DNA of 61,913 bases, counting the filler, from Diploschistes diacapsis (lineage: Eukaryota): the NCBI GenBank assembly GCA_023645945.1. It is 5 parts of 5 records of this genome, joined end to end, with 100 filler letters (N's around TTAATTAATTAA, not from the genome) between each part and the next. Parts side by side here need not be neighbours in the genome. Positions count along the whole stretch, not along the records: positions 1 to 12,360 come from JALAIB010000754.1; positions 12,461 to 24,807 come from JALAIB010000755.1; 3 more parts are not named here. One strand, written 5' to 3'. Below, piece by piece: positions 11,106 to 22,829 of this stretch. How positions within the stretch are numbered: the stretch's first letter is position 1; the number at the start of each line of letters is the position of its first letter. A program made the position numbers and the translations under genes. The notes under the pieces are model-generated. The model was not told the DNA's origin. It ran no database searches and was given only the letters and a program-made list of their open reading frames with translations.

Positions 11106-12204
11106 CTACCAGCCGTAATTCCATATTAGTTTGGTTTGCTGATCTTCCCACACCATCTGGGGGTCTGGCACGATTTCCCAGGTTCTGGCAATTTCACCCA
11201 TTATCCAGTCCATGCAGCCGGATTTTCTGGTCGGGATTTCGTCGTGTCCAAGTCGGTCCTTACTTTCGCTCTGATAATCGACCCAATTTTCCTGGCCCGT
11301 CCACAGGCTTTCGAACCATGCCGCCCCTCGGTCGCCGATCAGGGAATCTTCCGCCGCAAAAAAAGTCTTCACTCTTAGCTTCGATCTCTTGTGGGTCGGC
11401 TTCTCAAAATCCACGAGATCCTGTTCCTGTGTGCGATGAAGCACCATTGCCATGGGTTAATCATTGAACAATCCCCAAGACGGGACCTTACGCTGAATGC
11501 AGAGCAGAAGGTCCTCGCCCACTCCGGTGCAGGTCTCGGAGAACATGCAATCCAGGTATAATTGAGGAGAAATGTGTTGATTGTTGCGATGATGCATCCG
11601 GCAATTGGGGTTTTGGGTTGAGTGTTTCGGCTTCTGCGCCGTTGAGCTCTCCGACGTTCTCGACTCAGCTGTTTCCCTCGGCAGATCCATCGAATCCGAA
11701 GCCTCATCGGTGGAAGGGCTATCTTCCCCAAGCTTTTCCTTGGTGGCTAATTCTCTATGCTGGCTCAAACGTTCTCGAAGTCTCTTCGGCTTCGAATACT
11801 CGCTATGGCTCTTCAGTCCAGAGAAGAAACGCTCCATCCCGGTAAAGGCTTCATAGAAGAGGTTCTTTGTCCGCAAAGGTACGCCCTGGTCGAGTAGATG
11901 CGTTCGACGAAGCGCGGCACTGGGTATCAGACAGGAGGCGGATGAGAGCAAAGTCTTGCAGTGTCGAGGCAAAACCCATGGAGCTGTAAAAGTTTGGCAA
12001 GTCAGCAATTCCGAGAATATAGCGAAACTGAGCCGTGACGGTAAATGCTAGCACAATTACTCATAAAACATACAAACGGCCTCTGCGGATGCAAGACATG
12101 CCTTAACCCAAGAATGGCGTTGAAAGTATATATGGCGCCAGCGGAATGGCACGCAAGCGCCGCGTATTTGATGCCGAGGTGCTTCAAGAGCTCTTCGACC
12201 AGAT
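11106..12204 (-). pseudogene. Alpha/beta-hydrolase-fold protein, 5' end beyond the contig, one premature stop
   Basis: LKHLGIKYAALACHSAGAIY nucleophile elbow, APWV, EDLLLC, DSLIG and GHDEI motifs. TAA at 11457-11459 interrupts an otherwise continuous frame (WGLFND*PMAM). Could be a sequencing error. Confidence 0.6.
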
Positions 12205-12360
12205 CTGCAATAAACCCTCAATCAGCATGCTATAGCATTACACCGCTTCCCTCCGTCCCCACGTGTTTTCCTCCCCTTCCCCTTCCCTCTCCGTATCTTT
12301 TCCATCCTTCCGCTCCAAAACGGCTCAAGTTTAAGATCGACCAAGACCCACCAACAAACC

Positions 12361-12460
12361 NNNNNNNNNNNNNNNNNNNNNNNNNNNNNNNNNNNNNNNN
12401 NNNNTTAATTAATTAANNNNNNNNNNNNNNNNNNNNNNNNNNNNNNNNNNNNNNNNNNNN
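12361..12460. other. Artificial contig linker N44-TTAATTAATTAA-N44
   Basis: Identical 100-bp spacer with stops in all six frames, repeated four times in the window. Confidence 0.99.
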
Positions 12461-12648
12461 GTGGCATATGAACGCCCATAGCCTTCCGGATATTCCTAGA
12501 TGATGGACCACATAATCGAAGACACAAGAGGCCGTGGTAAACATCTGATAGTCACTCACGCTGGTCTTCCTTTTCTGCAACCGCTTTGTACCTATAAGCA
12601 AGACGCAGTATCTCCTTTCTGATCTCCCATGCCTCTGAGCATTGCTAC

Positions 12649-12711
12649 CATAGGCTGATTTAACAGTCACCTAGGCTGATTTAACGGTCACATAGGCTGA
12701 TTTAACAGTCA
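12649..12711. repeat. 21-bp minisatellite, 3 copies
   Basis: cataggctgatttaacagtca / cctaggctgatttaacggtca / cataggctgatttaacagtca. Confidence 0.95.
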
Positions 12712-13243
12712 CGTCGAAAGCTAACAACTCAAATACCAAGTCCCGAAGCTGTTGATAGGTCTATACCGAGACCAACTGGAGCCTTGATATTTGATGTCGG
12801 CAGGTGGAAAGCCGACCTCGACGCTCACTTTCCCGTGTACCTCGAGCTTGAATAGCATATTAACATTGATAATCATGAGTCTTAAAGGAAGCTTGGACAG
12901 GATGGAGAAAATTCGTACAAAACTGAGCACAGAAACATAATGGAGAGAACTGTCAAGCATTGTGCAAGGAAGGAAGTATCGCTTTGAAGTGTTCTAATAT
13001 CATTTCGTCCGGCAAGGACACAAATGGAGGGTTGAGAAATAGCTCGCATGAGAGATCAGACAGAAATTTAATACAAGTGTGCCTTATCCTCAAGGCTCAC
13101 TCCAAAGCTATCACGTTCTAGACTGCTTCGCCGTCACTTTTCAGTTCTTCTAAAACAGCGCCCTTCTAATATGTTAGAACATGCCATACGCTGATAAATT
13201 TTAATGCTCTTGCTGGCTGAGACCCTTATAGATAGCCCATACA

Positions 13244-14540
13244 CTATCTGTATCTTTCACCATCCTTCTTCCTGTACGGAAGCTTCTCGCCTCTCTTCCT
13301 CTTCAACTCAACGTTCGCTCCTTCCAGCCCTGCTCTCTCCATTATGCCTCTCGTGTTGGCATCCCATTCATTCCTAAAAATAGTGGCAGCTATTGGCTTC
13401 GCATGATAGCGGTCCATGAAACTCCTGAAGTTGAAGCCCTGCGCGACTTCCTTCCCCCTCGAAGCGGCAACATCTATCCTCTTCCCGTCCTGCTGCTCGC
13501 AAACGAAAATAGCCAAGCGGTGGTACAAGCTGCCCTTTTGTGCGTGTGGAGGCATCCACGGTAGTATGACATGATCTTCTGTGGAGAGTTTACTGAGGTA
13601 TAAATGTGGGTCCTTGGCGTTAAGTGGGATGTTCGCAGCGAAGTAGTGGCATCTGAAGTCGAAGCCGTCTGTCTCTAGATTCGGAATGTCTGGATCCATT
13701 ACCACGATGGATACTAGGCGTGACGCCTTGTCATAGACTTGCACAGTGAGCTTCGGCACCCGTTCGCTGATCAGCGAATCAACATATTCACCAGGCTGGA
13801 TATGACGCCGGCCGAAGGTAAAAGAGATATCGGCAACAGGATCAAGGTGTGGAAGAACATCAGGCACAATATGCATCTGGGTAAGTCGTTGCATCAGCAA
13901 TTTACGTTTATATGAGCGCCATTTCTTTTCGGCGAGGTGCCGGTAAATCGGTCGGTTCATGTCGCCTGTAACTTGTAAGATCCTGAGCTACTTGAAAAGG
14001 CGAAAGAACATTTGGCTTACCTTGTCCATCCTCAAAACGCTTCTTGATGACTGGGTCGTTTATGTCCGCCTGAATCTTCAGCTGCTCTAGATGCCTCTCC
14101 ATGGCCATGATCCTCCCCTTCTTGGTATTTTCTCCACCCATTGTAGCTGCATCTCGTGCACTGACGATTGATATCCGTCGTCTTTCTGCATTGATCTGTG
14201 ATATTTTATCTTCTCGATCCGCTTGCAGAATCTTGCGCGCTTCCTGAAAGCATTGATACGGGAGCTGCTCGAAAGGCATATTCTGCGAGCTCAATAAAGC
14301 CGCTCGCCTTCTCCGAGAGCCAACCGGTGTGAGGCCCTGTTTGCTGAGCTCCAACTCTTGCTGCTTTCCATAGACAGTATTTGGATCGAGGATCGCAGCC
14401 GGTGGTTCTGGAGGTGTCACTGTTTGCAGAGCTTCATCGCGTCGGCTCGCACTGGTGGAAAAGCTTCGAGGTACTTGAAAGCGTCGGGATGCATGCTTTA
14501 GACATCTCACTTGAGTTGAAGGGAAAGAACTCGAATGCAT
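13244..14540 (-). CDS. MRPL35: Mitochondrial large ribosomal subunit protein mL38 (PEBP-like)
   Basis: Exon 1 14540-14021, intron 14020-13966, exon 2 13965-13244. [39 protein letters not shown]-like MDPDIP and [12 protein letters not shown]. Arg/Ser-rich presequence. Confidence 0.92.
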
Positions 14541-14729
14541 GTCAGTGTTTCAATGGAAAGTAACAGGCAGCTCTTTAACAAGTATAACTTCTATTATTCA
14601 GGTCGGCAGGTTGAGGTCCTTTCCGCCAAGCCGAGAAATAAATCTTTGCCAAGACTTTCCTAGGTTCATATTGTCTAAAAACTGTAACAATATAACAATA
14701 TAAATATTCCATCACCAAGTCCAAAAAAA

Positions 14730-15681
14730 ATGGCGAGCAAGCGGGCAGTAATGCCCATCCGAAGTCTGACCTCCAATATCTTCCATAGCACTACTAGAGA
14801 CCCACTGATGGTAACCTCCAAACCCTATTCCAACCTCACCACAGCCTAACCCAGCTCAGCAATGCCTAATCCCAAGCCTAGCCCGCACCATAGCCACCGA
14901 AACCTCCCTCCCTCCTCCTCAAGACGCCTCGGCCTCACCACTCCTTTACCAAGCTTCGCAAGCACTGCACCCCCTCCGCCGCCCACCGCCCTTTAACCCT
15001 CCCGTCCTCACAACAATCTACTCCTTCCCAGGCCTGGAGCCCCTCTCCTTCGCCCATTACGCCGCCAACCAGCTCGCCGTGCCCCTCCGCCGGGACATCC
15101 TGCACCGCGCCGTGATCTACGAGGGCGACATGGCGCGCCAGGGCACCGCGTCCACGAAGTGGCGCGACGAGGTGCACGGCAGCGGGCGCAAGATCCGGCC
15201 GCAGAAGGGCACGGGCAGGGCGCGCCTGGGCGACAAGAAGAGCCCCATGCTGCGCGGTGGGGGGGTCGCGTTCGGGCCGAAACCGCGGGACTTCGCGACG
15301 GGCCTGCCGCGCAAGATCTACGACCTGGCGTGGCGCATGGCGCTGAGCTACCGCTACCGACGCGGGGAACTGGTGCTGATCGACGGGTTCGAGGACCTGG
15401 AGATGGCGGAGCCGAGGTGGGCGAAGCAGATTTTTGTGAAGAATGGGCTGGGCAAGCAGGACGGGAGGAGCATGGTCGTGACGACCGATGTTAGGCCGAA
15501 TCTGTACGGTGCGTTGGCCGGCGCGGGGGAGGAGGGGCTGGCGAAGACGCAGGAGGATGTGGATGTCAAGGATTTGTTGGAGACGGGCAGGATTGTTATG
15601 GAGAGGGAGGTGCTGGATAGGATTTTGGCGGAGCACTCGAGCGATTTGAAGAGGACGGTGCCGTCGGCCGCGCCGGCTTGA
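14730..15681 (+). CDS. YML6: Mitochondrial large ribosomal subunit protein uL4m
   Basis: Exon 1 14730-14810, intron 14811-14859, exon 2 in frame to 15681. L4 signature RQGTASTKWRDEVHGSGRKIRPQKGTGRARLG...GGGVAFGPKPRD. Confidence 0.92.
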
Positions 15682-16024
15682 GGGGGTTTTAAAGACCTAG
15701 GAGAATTGGCTAGCTAGGAGTCCTGTATGGAGGGTTCTTGCTTTTCAATGTAGCATAGTGTTCTGAATTGGCATTTCTTGTTCTATGTAATGACTGTAAC
15801 TCGTCTATCACACCTATGAAAGCTTTTGCCACTTGCATGTTCTGAAGCTCTTTACACTGCTTAAATGAGGCGTAGTAGATGTTAAAGGGCAGGCATAGGA
15901 CTGACGAGCATAGCTTTGGGTTCTTAGGTAGATCAAATCCAACTTTTTTAACGTCTTCCTACCCATAGTACTATCATTTCAAAATGAATACCAAGCAAAA
16001 CTCCGGTCCAGGCCCATCCTACCT

Positions 16025-17087
16025 TCACATCGCATCCTCAGGCCACCACGCCCCCCTCTCCGTCCTCCAATTCAACAACTGCTCCACCTTCGCAACCGGC
16101 GAGTCACCGACCCTGATACTATATTCCACTTCCAACTCCTTACTTGCAAGCCCATCTTTGGTCCCCTCGAACCCAAACTCCTCCCACACGTTCCCCGTCC
16201 AGTCCAATGTGCACGCTGTGCCCCCGTCGCCGCAGTGGATGCTCTCCGCCTGCCTAGGGTCGCCGATAGTAACGCCCATCCCGCATGCGCTCCACCCGAC
16301 CTCACGCCGGCAGACAGCGGATTTGGCGCGGCGCTCTTCCATGGCGACGAAGCAGGATTCACAACCGGCGCGGCAGTGCTCCGGGGTGTGCCACTGTTGA
16401 TAGTTGATTAGTACGGCTGTAGATAGGGTGACGATTAGGCATGTGCGGCGTTCGACTTACCCTTTCGAGTGCAATGTACGCGGTGCGCGAGACGTTCGTG
16501 TCAGGGTCTTTGCCACAGGGGCGGACGACGCGCCAGCCTACGGTGGGGAAGCGCTCATGAAGGAAGTCATCGCATGACTGCGTGAGATTTTCGGGACCTT
16601 TTCCGACGTGACCGAGAACACAGAAGCCTTTGTTGACGTCGAACTGGAGGGCGTCAGTAGCTGAATTTAATATACCTTGATGATACGTTGAGCTGTTAAT
16701 GAGGTATCGATGTAGGAAGGGCCAGATAGCCATCACTCTCTTACCTTCGGATCTTGAACCATGCGATCTTCCTTTTTTTTGGCCAGGGCGGTGCAAGTGA
16801 ACACGCCGATGAGGAAGGTACGGAACAAGATTCTCGGAAGCATTGTCACTGGAGCTTCGAGATGCGGCAAGTTTTGGAGATAGGTAGCGACCCGAAGCAA
16901 AGACTTCTGCGCCGCTTTCCACCAATGTATTGCTCAAATGATGAAGCAAAGAATCGCGTGTTCGAGACAACAGCAGATAGACATGTTTGCAAAACGAAGA
17001 CAACTTTGGGGAGAAGAAAGACAAGCAGAAAATGAGTAATAGCATCCCAACGAAGAATAGGCCCACGGAGCGTATATCATAGTACAT
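16025..17087 (-). CDS. Hypothetical protein, N-terminal hydrophobic helix and Cys-rich C-terminal region
   Basis: ATG 17087 (MYYDIRSVGLFFVGMLLLIFCLSFF). Phase-0 intron 16460-16394 (GTAAGT...CTAAT...CAG) joins the two ORFs in frame, giving WHTPEHCRAGCESCF...C...C...C...C. No family recognised. Confidence 0.5.
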
Positions 17088-17782
17088 TGTCACTGGTATG
17101 AAATTTTTGGCCTGCTTGACCACAGGCCTGGTATCGCAGCAGGAAAGCTCTGGCTAAACCTTGAAGCTTTGATCCTTAGGTGGTCGAAGTATCCTCAGTG
17201 CAATTCTGGACGCATACCAGCTCTCCTTTTATGGGAATGAACCAGCCTTCAAGCTCCAGCATGGCTAGGACGGTCACTTTGCTTCGTTGTCGTCGTCTTC
17301 GAAAACCAGATCATTCAGTAGCCCCGGCATATATGTAGATAGAATATCTGGTATGCGAAGGCAGTATGTATACAGGTCTGCCATCGTGCCTTTGTTGGAC
17401 ATTCGAGCGGCGCATATCATCACCAAAGTCTATGGCGGCAACCGCTAAAGACCTGCCCTTTTGTTTTGACGATAAGCAACCGAGGTAACATGTCAAGAGT
17501 AGAAAGTTCTCTTTCCAAAGCATGAGATTCAATTAGGGCTTAATGTTTGCTTGGCATTTTTAGAGGGTGTGACTGCCCTTGAAATTAGGATCAAGGAACT
17601 GCACTTTGTGACCTTAGCGCGACTTTCTTTGCCACGTTCATGCTTTCGCAGATACATATGTATATAATGGATGATGAACATGCTTACCACCAGAAGCATA
17701 ACACAGGAACTCTTCGAGCTTTGGTCTGTTAGCTCTCACACTGGCTCGTTCCATGTCGTTTTTTGGTTGCTCAATCGTCCAA

Positions 17783-20700
17783 CTAAACACCTTCTGCAGG
17801 TGCAGCGAGCTTTTCAACCTCTACAGCTTCTTTATTAAAATCCGTCGCTGGACTACTACCAAACCCTACATCCTCCCAAACACCTCCTTCCGTAGCATCT
17901 TCAGACAAGCCATACCATCGTGGAGGTGAACTCGTAAGGCCAAGGTCCGAATTAGGATTGAAATCACTGAAATCAAAGTCTAATGGGATGGCATTCTCAT
18001 TAGTCAAGGGTGGTAAGGCGCGGACGTCGCCAAACATACCCATGAACCGAGAGGGAGAGCTTTCTATGGGCATTGTTTCAGAGAGAAGCTGGCTGAGATT
18101 TCGTGTAAAGGGTGTCAAATGGTCCAGGTTCTGGTTTCTCGATTTCGAAGGTGTACGAGACGGAGTGCTAGGTCCGTGAAGGAAAGCCTTTGCTGCGGAA
18201 GAAAAGAAGTCGTTTGTGGATATGCGCTCCTGTCCTTGAGTTGACTTATTCGATGGAGTCTTGAACAGATCGCTCGGAGTCTGCATGACCTGGTTTGTAT
18301 TGGTTTTGGAAGGAGTCACAGGTGCGAGAGCTGTTGTGAGGTCTTGAAAAGGGTCTGGCGTTACCGATCGGGCAGGTAGCAGCTCTTGACCTGCTTCAAG
18401 ATTTGGTGCAAGCCGCTTTTGGACTACAGTAGGCGCACTGGCTACCTTCGGTTTAGCCGGAGAGCGCTCACTGGCATCTATACCTAGTGGTCCGCTGCTC
18501 TTTGGGGAAGAGAACAAAGTTCTTCTCGCAGGATCAGGAGTCCCACGGTCTATATTGATTGGGCTTGACTTGGAACCGCGAAAGCGATTCGGGGACGACT
18601 CGATGGCTTTCTCGAGTGCAGCATAAGCCGCTGGGTCAAGAAGATTCTCGGGACTTATTTGTGACTGTGCCACCTCAGAGTCACCATTGCCGCCCCTAAG
18701 CCGATTGATGGTTAGCAATTTAGGTTCCTCTTGCCTTTCTGTCTGAGTAACATTGCCTGGCTGTGCTGGGCTCTCAGCCGAGTCATCTGGTATTGGAACG
18801 GTCAAGGCCTCGGAAGGCGCATCGTATTGTGAGCCAAAGACATCGGAAGTAAGCTCGGTATTTGCTCGCTGTTTTTTCGACCTTGAGGGTCGCTGAGGTC
18901 TTCCCCTGTCCTCCTTGCGCTTTTCAGTGTTCCAGAGATTCTCTGGTCTTAGCTTGTTACGATTTGCAAGCCACAGGCCACAAGCTACAGAATGATCAGC
19001 AAAAGGCAAATGGGGTTCATTGAGGTTAAAGCGGCTTACGATTGCACAAGAGGACCTCGGAAAAGGCCTCATCGTTCCGTAACAGAGATTTCTTAAAGAC
19101 CTTGAAAAGCTTTGTAGTCCCATCCTCATTTTTCTCAAGGATCTGGCAGCAGACAATAGCCCCATCTCCTTTCGATATTTTAACACCTTCGGATGAGCCA
19201 CTGTACATCTTGGAAAAGGCCTTTCTCCAGGTAGGAGTTTCGATGGCACCGCAAACCTCACAGAACGGAGGCAGTTCCCCAGTCGCGATTGACTTGGCCA
19301 ATTTGCTCTGAACTGCTGCCTTTCTCTTATCCTTGTCCCATTTGTTATAGCGAGACCTTGACTTTGACGATTCCTCTGGGGATATCGCGCTGTCGGCCTG
19401 TTTACCAGAGCCTACATCTGTGGCGGGATCAGAAGTGGGTGCTTCGCCTGACCAAGTCTGGGAGCGCTTGAGGCTTGCCGCGCGACGTGCATTGTCCCTG
19501 CTGATAGTCTCCTTGTCTCGCTCAGCTCTCCCTTTTTTGGAGGTTGCCCCAGGCCGAGGCTCCGATATCGAGGCTGCAGCGTTGTGACTCTGCGCAAAAA
19601 CGAGGTTGGGACGGGCATTGTACTGTTTAGCAATCTCTATGTCATCAGCATTGACCGGACGATCACCGTCGTCATCCTCGTCTGCCGAGAGCTCGTCGAG
19701 GTGGCTGCTCATGAGGCCGGGTTCGTTTTGTGGCCGAAGAGGCGGTAATGCAGGACTCGATTGGTAATTGATGTTCTCTGGAAGCGTCGGCGGTGAAGAA
19801 GCTGGCTCATCAGGAGAAATATCCATGTTCGACAGGTGATCGGCCTCTGGTGAGGTATTCGCTGAGACTGGAAAGGACGGAGGATCTTTGGGGACGAGAT
19901 AGGGAGATTTATAACCCGACTCCTCGGCAGCGAATGACTCACGGCCCAGGTTACTTTTGTAGGCTGGGAGACGAGGCCGGCGTACTTGATTGGCTGTTTG
20001 AGGAATAGGTGTGGGTACCCGTGGTGGCTCCTCTAGGTTGCTGACAGGGTTGTCCGAAGGCCGTACTGCGGTTGGTTGATGCACGCGTAACGATGCAGCT
20101 GTGCTAGCAGCAATCCTGAGAGAATCCATCTTCTTGCCTAGGCTGCTCTTCCCAGGGTGATTAGCCTGCGTGACTTTGGCTCTTTTCCGTGGCCGAGCGT
20201 CATCGGTTCGCTCGTCGTTGCTCAGATAACCGGAGTCGGGCGGACCGCTGCTCGTTCCCTGCCTCGCATGTGACCGATCAGGGTAATTGGACAACCGGGA
20301 CCCAGGCCGACTGTGTTGACCATGTTGCGAGCGGATCGACTGTACACTTGGAGCCGGACTACCTGCTCTTGACATTTGCGCGCCGTTATGCGTGCCTGAG
20401 ATGCTCGCTCCATGCTGTAAATAGACCGGATCTTGTTCATTTGAAGGGATGCAGCCATGATTTATCATTTGCCGCTCCTGTTCTATTCCGATACTGCCCA
20501 TTGATATCTCACTAATCATCGATCTATTGCCGCTCTGAAGCATGGACAGTATGCTAGGGTTTGCCTTGAGGAAGTCGTTCCAGCCCTGAAAATCGAACCC
20601 TTCGGGCATTACCATGCTTAATTCGCGATATTTGTTCATACTGTTAATGTACTCGCTTTGCAGAGCAGTAGGAACAGGCACCAGTCGCAGCCTGACTTCC

Positions 20701-21185
20701 AAAGTTTCGGGTGCCCCACTAGAGAATAATCCCAGAGTGCGGCACACACGACCCGTTATCATTGTGTTCGACTGCTCAGCCGGAGTTAAAGGTTTGCTCG
20801 ATGCAAGAGCCCACGACAACATGCCTTGACCGACGAGGGGCGTTTCGTATTCAGAGTAATCGTAGGCGTAGATGGTATAGTCCTGACCAAGTTTTGCTAC
20901 GAGCTCGGGGCTTGCATTGACAATGGCATTGATACAGGTCTTCAACTCGATCACACCAACTTGAGTATTTTCGTCTAGGAATGCTGTTCTGACTTTTACT
21001 TCGTCGCGCCATCGAACGAGGTGGTTGGTCTTGTTCTCATTGTCAAATGTGTAATGAACTTTGACTACATAGCCCGTCAGCTTCAATCATCCATTCTCGA
21101 CGGAGGCCATACGTTTCATTGAGCGAAGCGAGTCATTGTGGGCCTCGTTGAAAGATCCAGTGCTACGAGCCGGTGAAGAAGCCAT
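17783..21185 (-). CDS. Ams2/SPT21-family GATA-type transcription factor (histone gene regulator)
   Basis: Three exons. Spliced N-terminus MKLKVHYTFD...QDYTIYAYDYSEYETPLVGQGMLSW is the Ams2/SPT21 N-terminal domain. Zinc finger CEVCGAIETPTWRK...LLCNPCGLWL is rebuilt across intron 2. Confidence 0.88.
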
Positions 21186-21394
21186 ACGCCGATCTAGGTA
21201 GCCTGGGTCAGAGGCAATGACAGACAATAGCATTATATGAGGAGCGTAGTCGAGGAGCCCTATATATGGGCAAGGGAAAGAGCTCAGGACCTCATATTGG
21301 GAACTTCAGGCATTAGTAGATTGCATGTCGTACGGTGATGCGTTCGAGAACAGGTGCGATGAGATGAGATGAGATGAGAATGATACAAGTAGGG

Positions 21395-21513
21395 ACGCGC
21401 AGGGACGGCAAAAAGATTATATGAATGAAGCATCAAAGAGTTATCAGAGTTATCATTGTTGTACGCACAGAGTCCCAGCCCCAGCGCGTAATATTATCAC
21501 GGCTGGTACGCGT
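21395..21513. promoter_or_regulatory. Cluster of MCB-like (ACGCG) elements upstream of the Ams2/SPT21 gene
   Basis: ACGCG at 21395, CGCGT at 21485, perfect ACGCGT at 21508-21513, 210-330 bp upstream of the ATG. Confidence 0.5.
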
Positions 21514-21552
21514 TTGAGCTCAAGCATTGACTTTGTTATCGCCGCTAAAGAC

Positions 21553-21554
<2 letters not shown>

Positions 21555-21594
<40 letters not shown>
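21555..21594. repeat. (CA)n microsatellite
   Basis: About 20 CA units. Confidence 0.97.
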
Positions 21595-21595
<1 letters not shown>

Positions 21596-21649
21596 CATCC
21601 GGTACAAGGAGAGAGTGACAATTGATCACCTTTTACAAAAGTGAGATGG

Positions 21650-22242
21650 AAGTAACTGTCATCCCATCTTATCACCTTAGACATTACCCATACAAAACTC
21701 ATGTCTGTAAGTTCGCATCCCCAGCTTATCAGTATCTTTCCAGCACCTCTACGGCCGTGTTTTAACGAGACGAAGCAGTATCCAATCACTGTATTCAGTT
21801 AGCCATCTAGCAGATGTGGCACTGATCCAGAGCTCACATAAGTGTGGACGGTTCATGCGCTTGTGCCTTCCGGGAAAGAAGCGTTCAAGAACCTGGTCCG
21901 ATATTGTCCTGAGGTCCTCTAGGATGCAAACACATGATCATTACCGTCTTCCCACCGTGTTGCTTTCAGTACTGGGACGGGGTGTTGGAAAGGGTTTGTC
22001 TTATGAATGATCCATTGCGTGCCCCCTAAGACCTCATTGGTGTCCGTGTCTATCACACAGAACCAATTGCTCGTGGGATCAGAGGTATGCCATTTCCATT
22101 GACGTTCGAGGCACTCTTGCATGGAAGGACCCTTAAGAACATCCCAAAAGCTGTTTAAAGGTTCGCTGTAGGCTTCGTGTTCTACAACCACCAATTACTC
22201 AAATTCATTCTTGTCCTGAATTTGCCGAAGCTCAAGAGGCAT
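21650..22242 (-). pseudogene. GNAT N-acetyltransferase, disrupted
   Basis: MPLELRQIQDKNEFE* (premature TAA at codon 16), WFCVIDTDTNEVLGGTQW, and acetyl-CoA motif A remnant CFVSLKHGRRGAGKILISWG. 3' part is degraded and its end is approximate. Confidence 0.75.
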
Positions 22243-22829
22243 GGCGGTGGTTCAAACGCAATCACAACTCCATCCATTCACAGGCTCACACCTATGTTGT
22301 AAAAGAGTATGGAAGACTTTCCGGCTGTTGCAATGCGGTCCGACTACTTATGGTATACCCTGATAGCGGATGCCGGGCGCGTGCGTGCGTGGATGGCATG
22401 ATCATGCTCGAGTCATTCGGTCAGATGGCTCATTCTAGAGAGAGGAAGAAAGAGGCACGAACAAGTATGGCGAATTGAATCCAATAAGGACCTCTTGAAA
22501 TGTAAGAAGAGAGAGAATCATGGTCTGCGATACAGCAAAGAAGCTTTTTCCTTCGAGGCTGCTTGCTCCGTACTATAAGCTTTGTATCTGCCATACCCGC
22601 CTTTCCCCTCGAGGACTGAAAATGGCTGCTGATGTACCAAGAACAATACAATGCCGAAACCTGGTATTTCTTACACCTCTTTACTTGTTCTTGGCATCAT
22701 TTTGAATCGTCTTGTTCTTGTTTTCTTTGTTCGGTCTATGTTCGCTTTCAATGTATCCGGTTATGCTCTGATCTCCTCGCTTTGTTCTACGAAGACTCTT
22801 CCTTGAATAGATTAATCACCATTAGCACA

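Noticed and set aside
12405..12416. TTAATTAATTAA palindrome recurring about every 12.4 kb
   Set aside because: Always centred in N runs. It is a synthetic six-frame-stop linker, not a biological periodic element.
12649..12711. Direct repeats as a CRISPR array
   Set aside because: No spacers, no cas genes, eukaryotic context.
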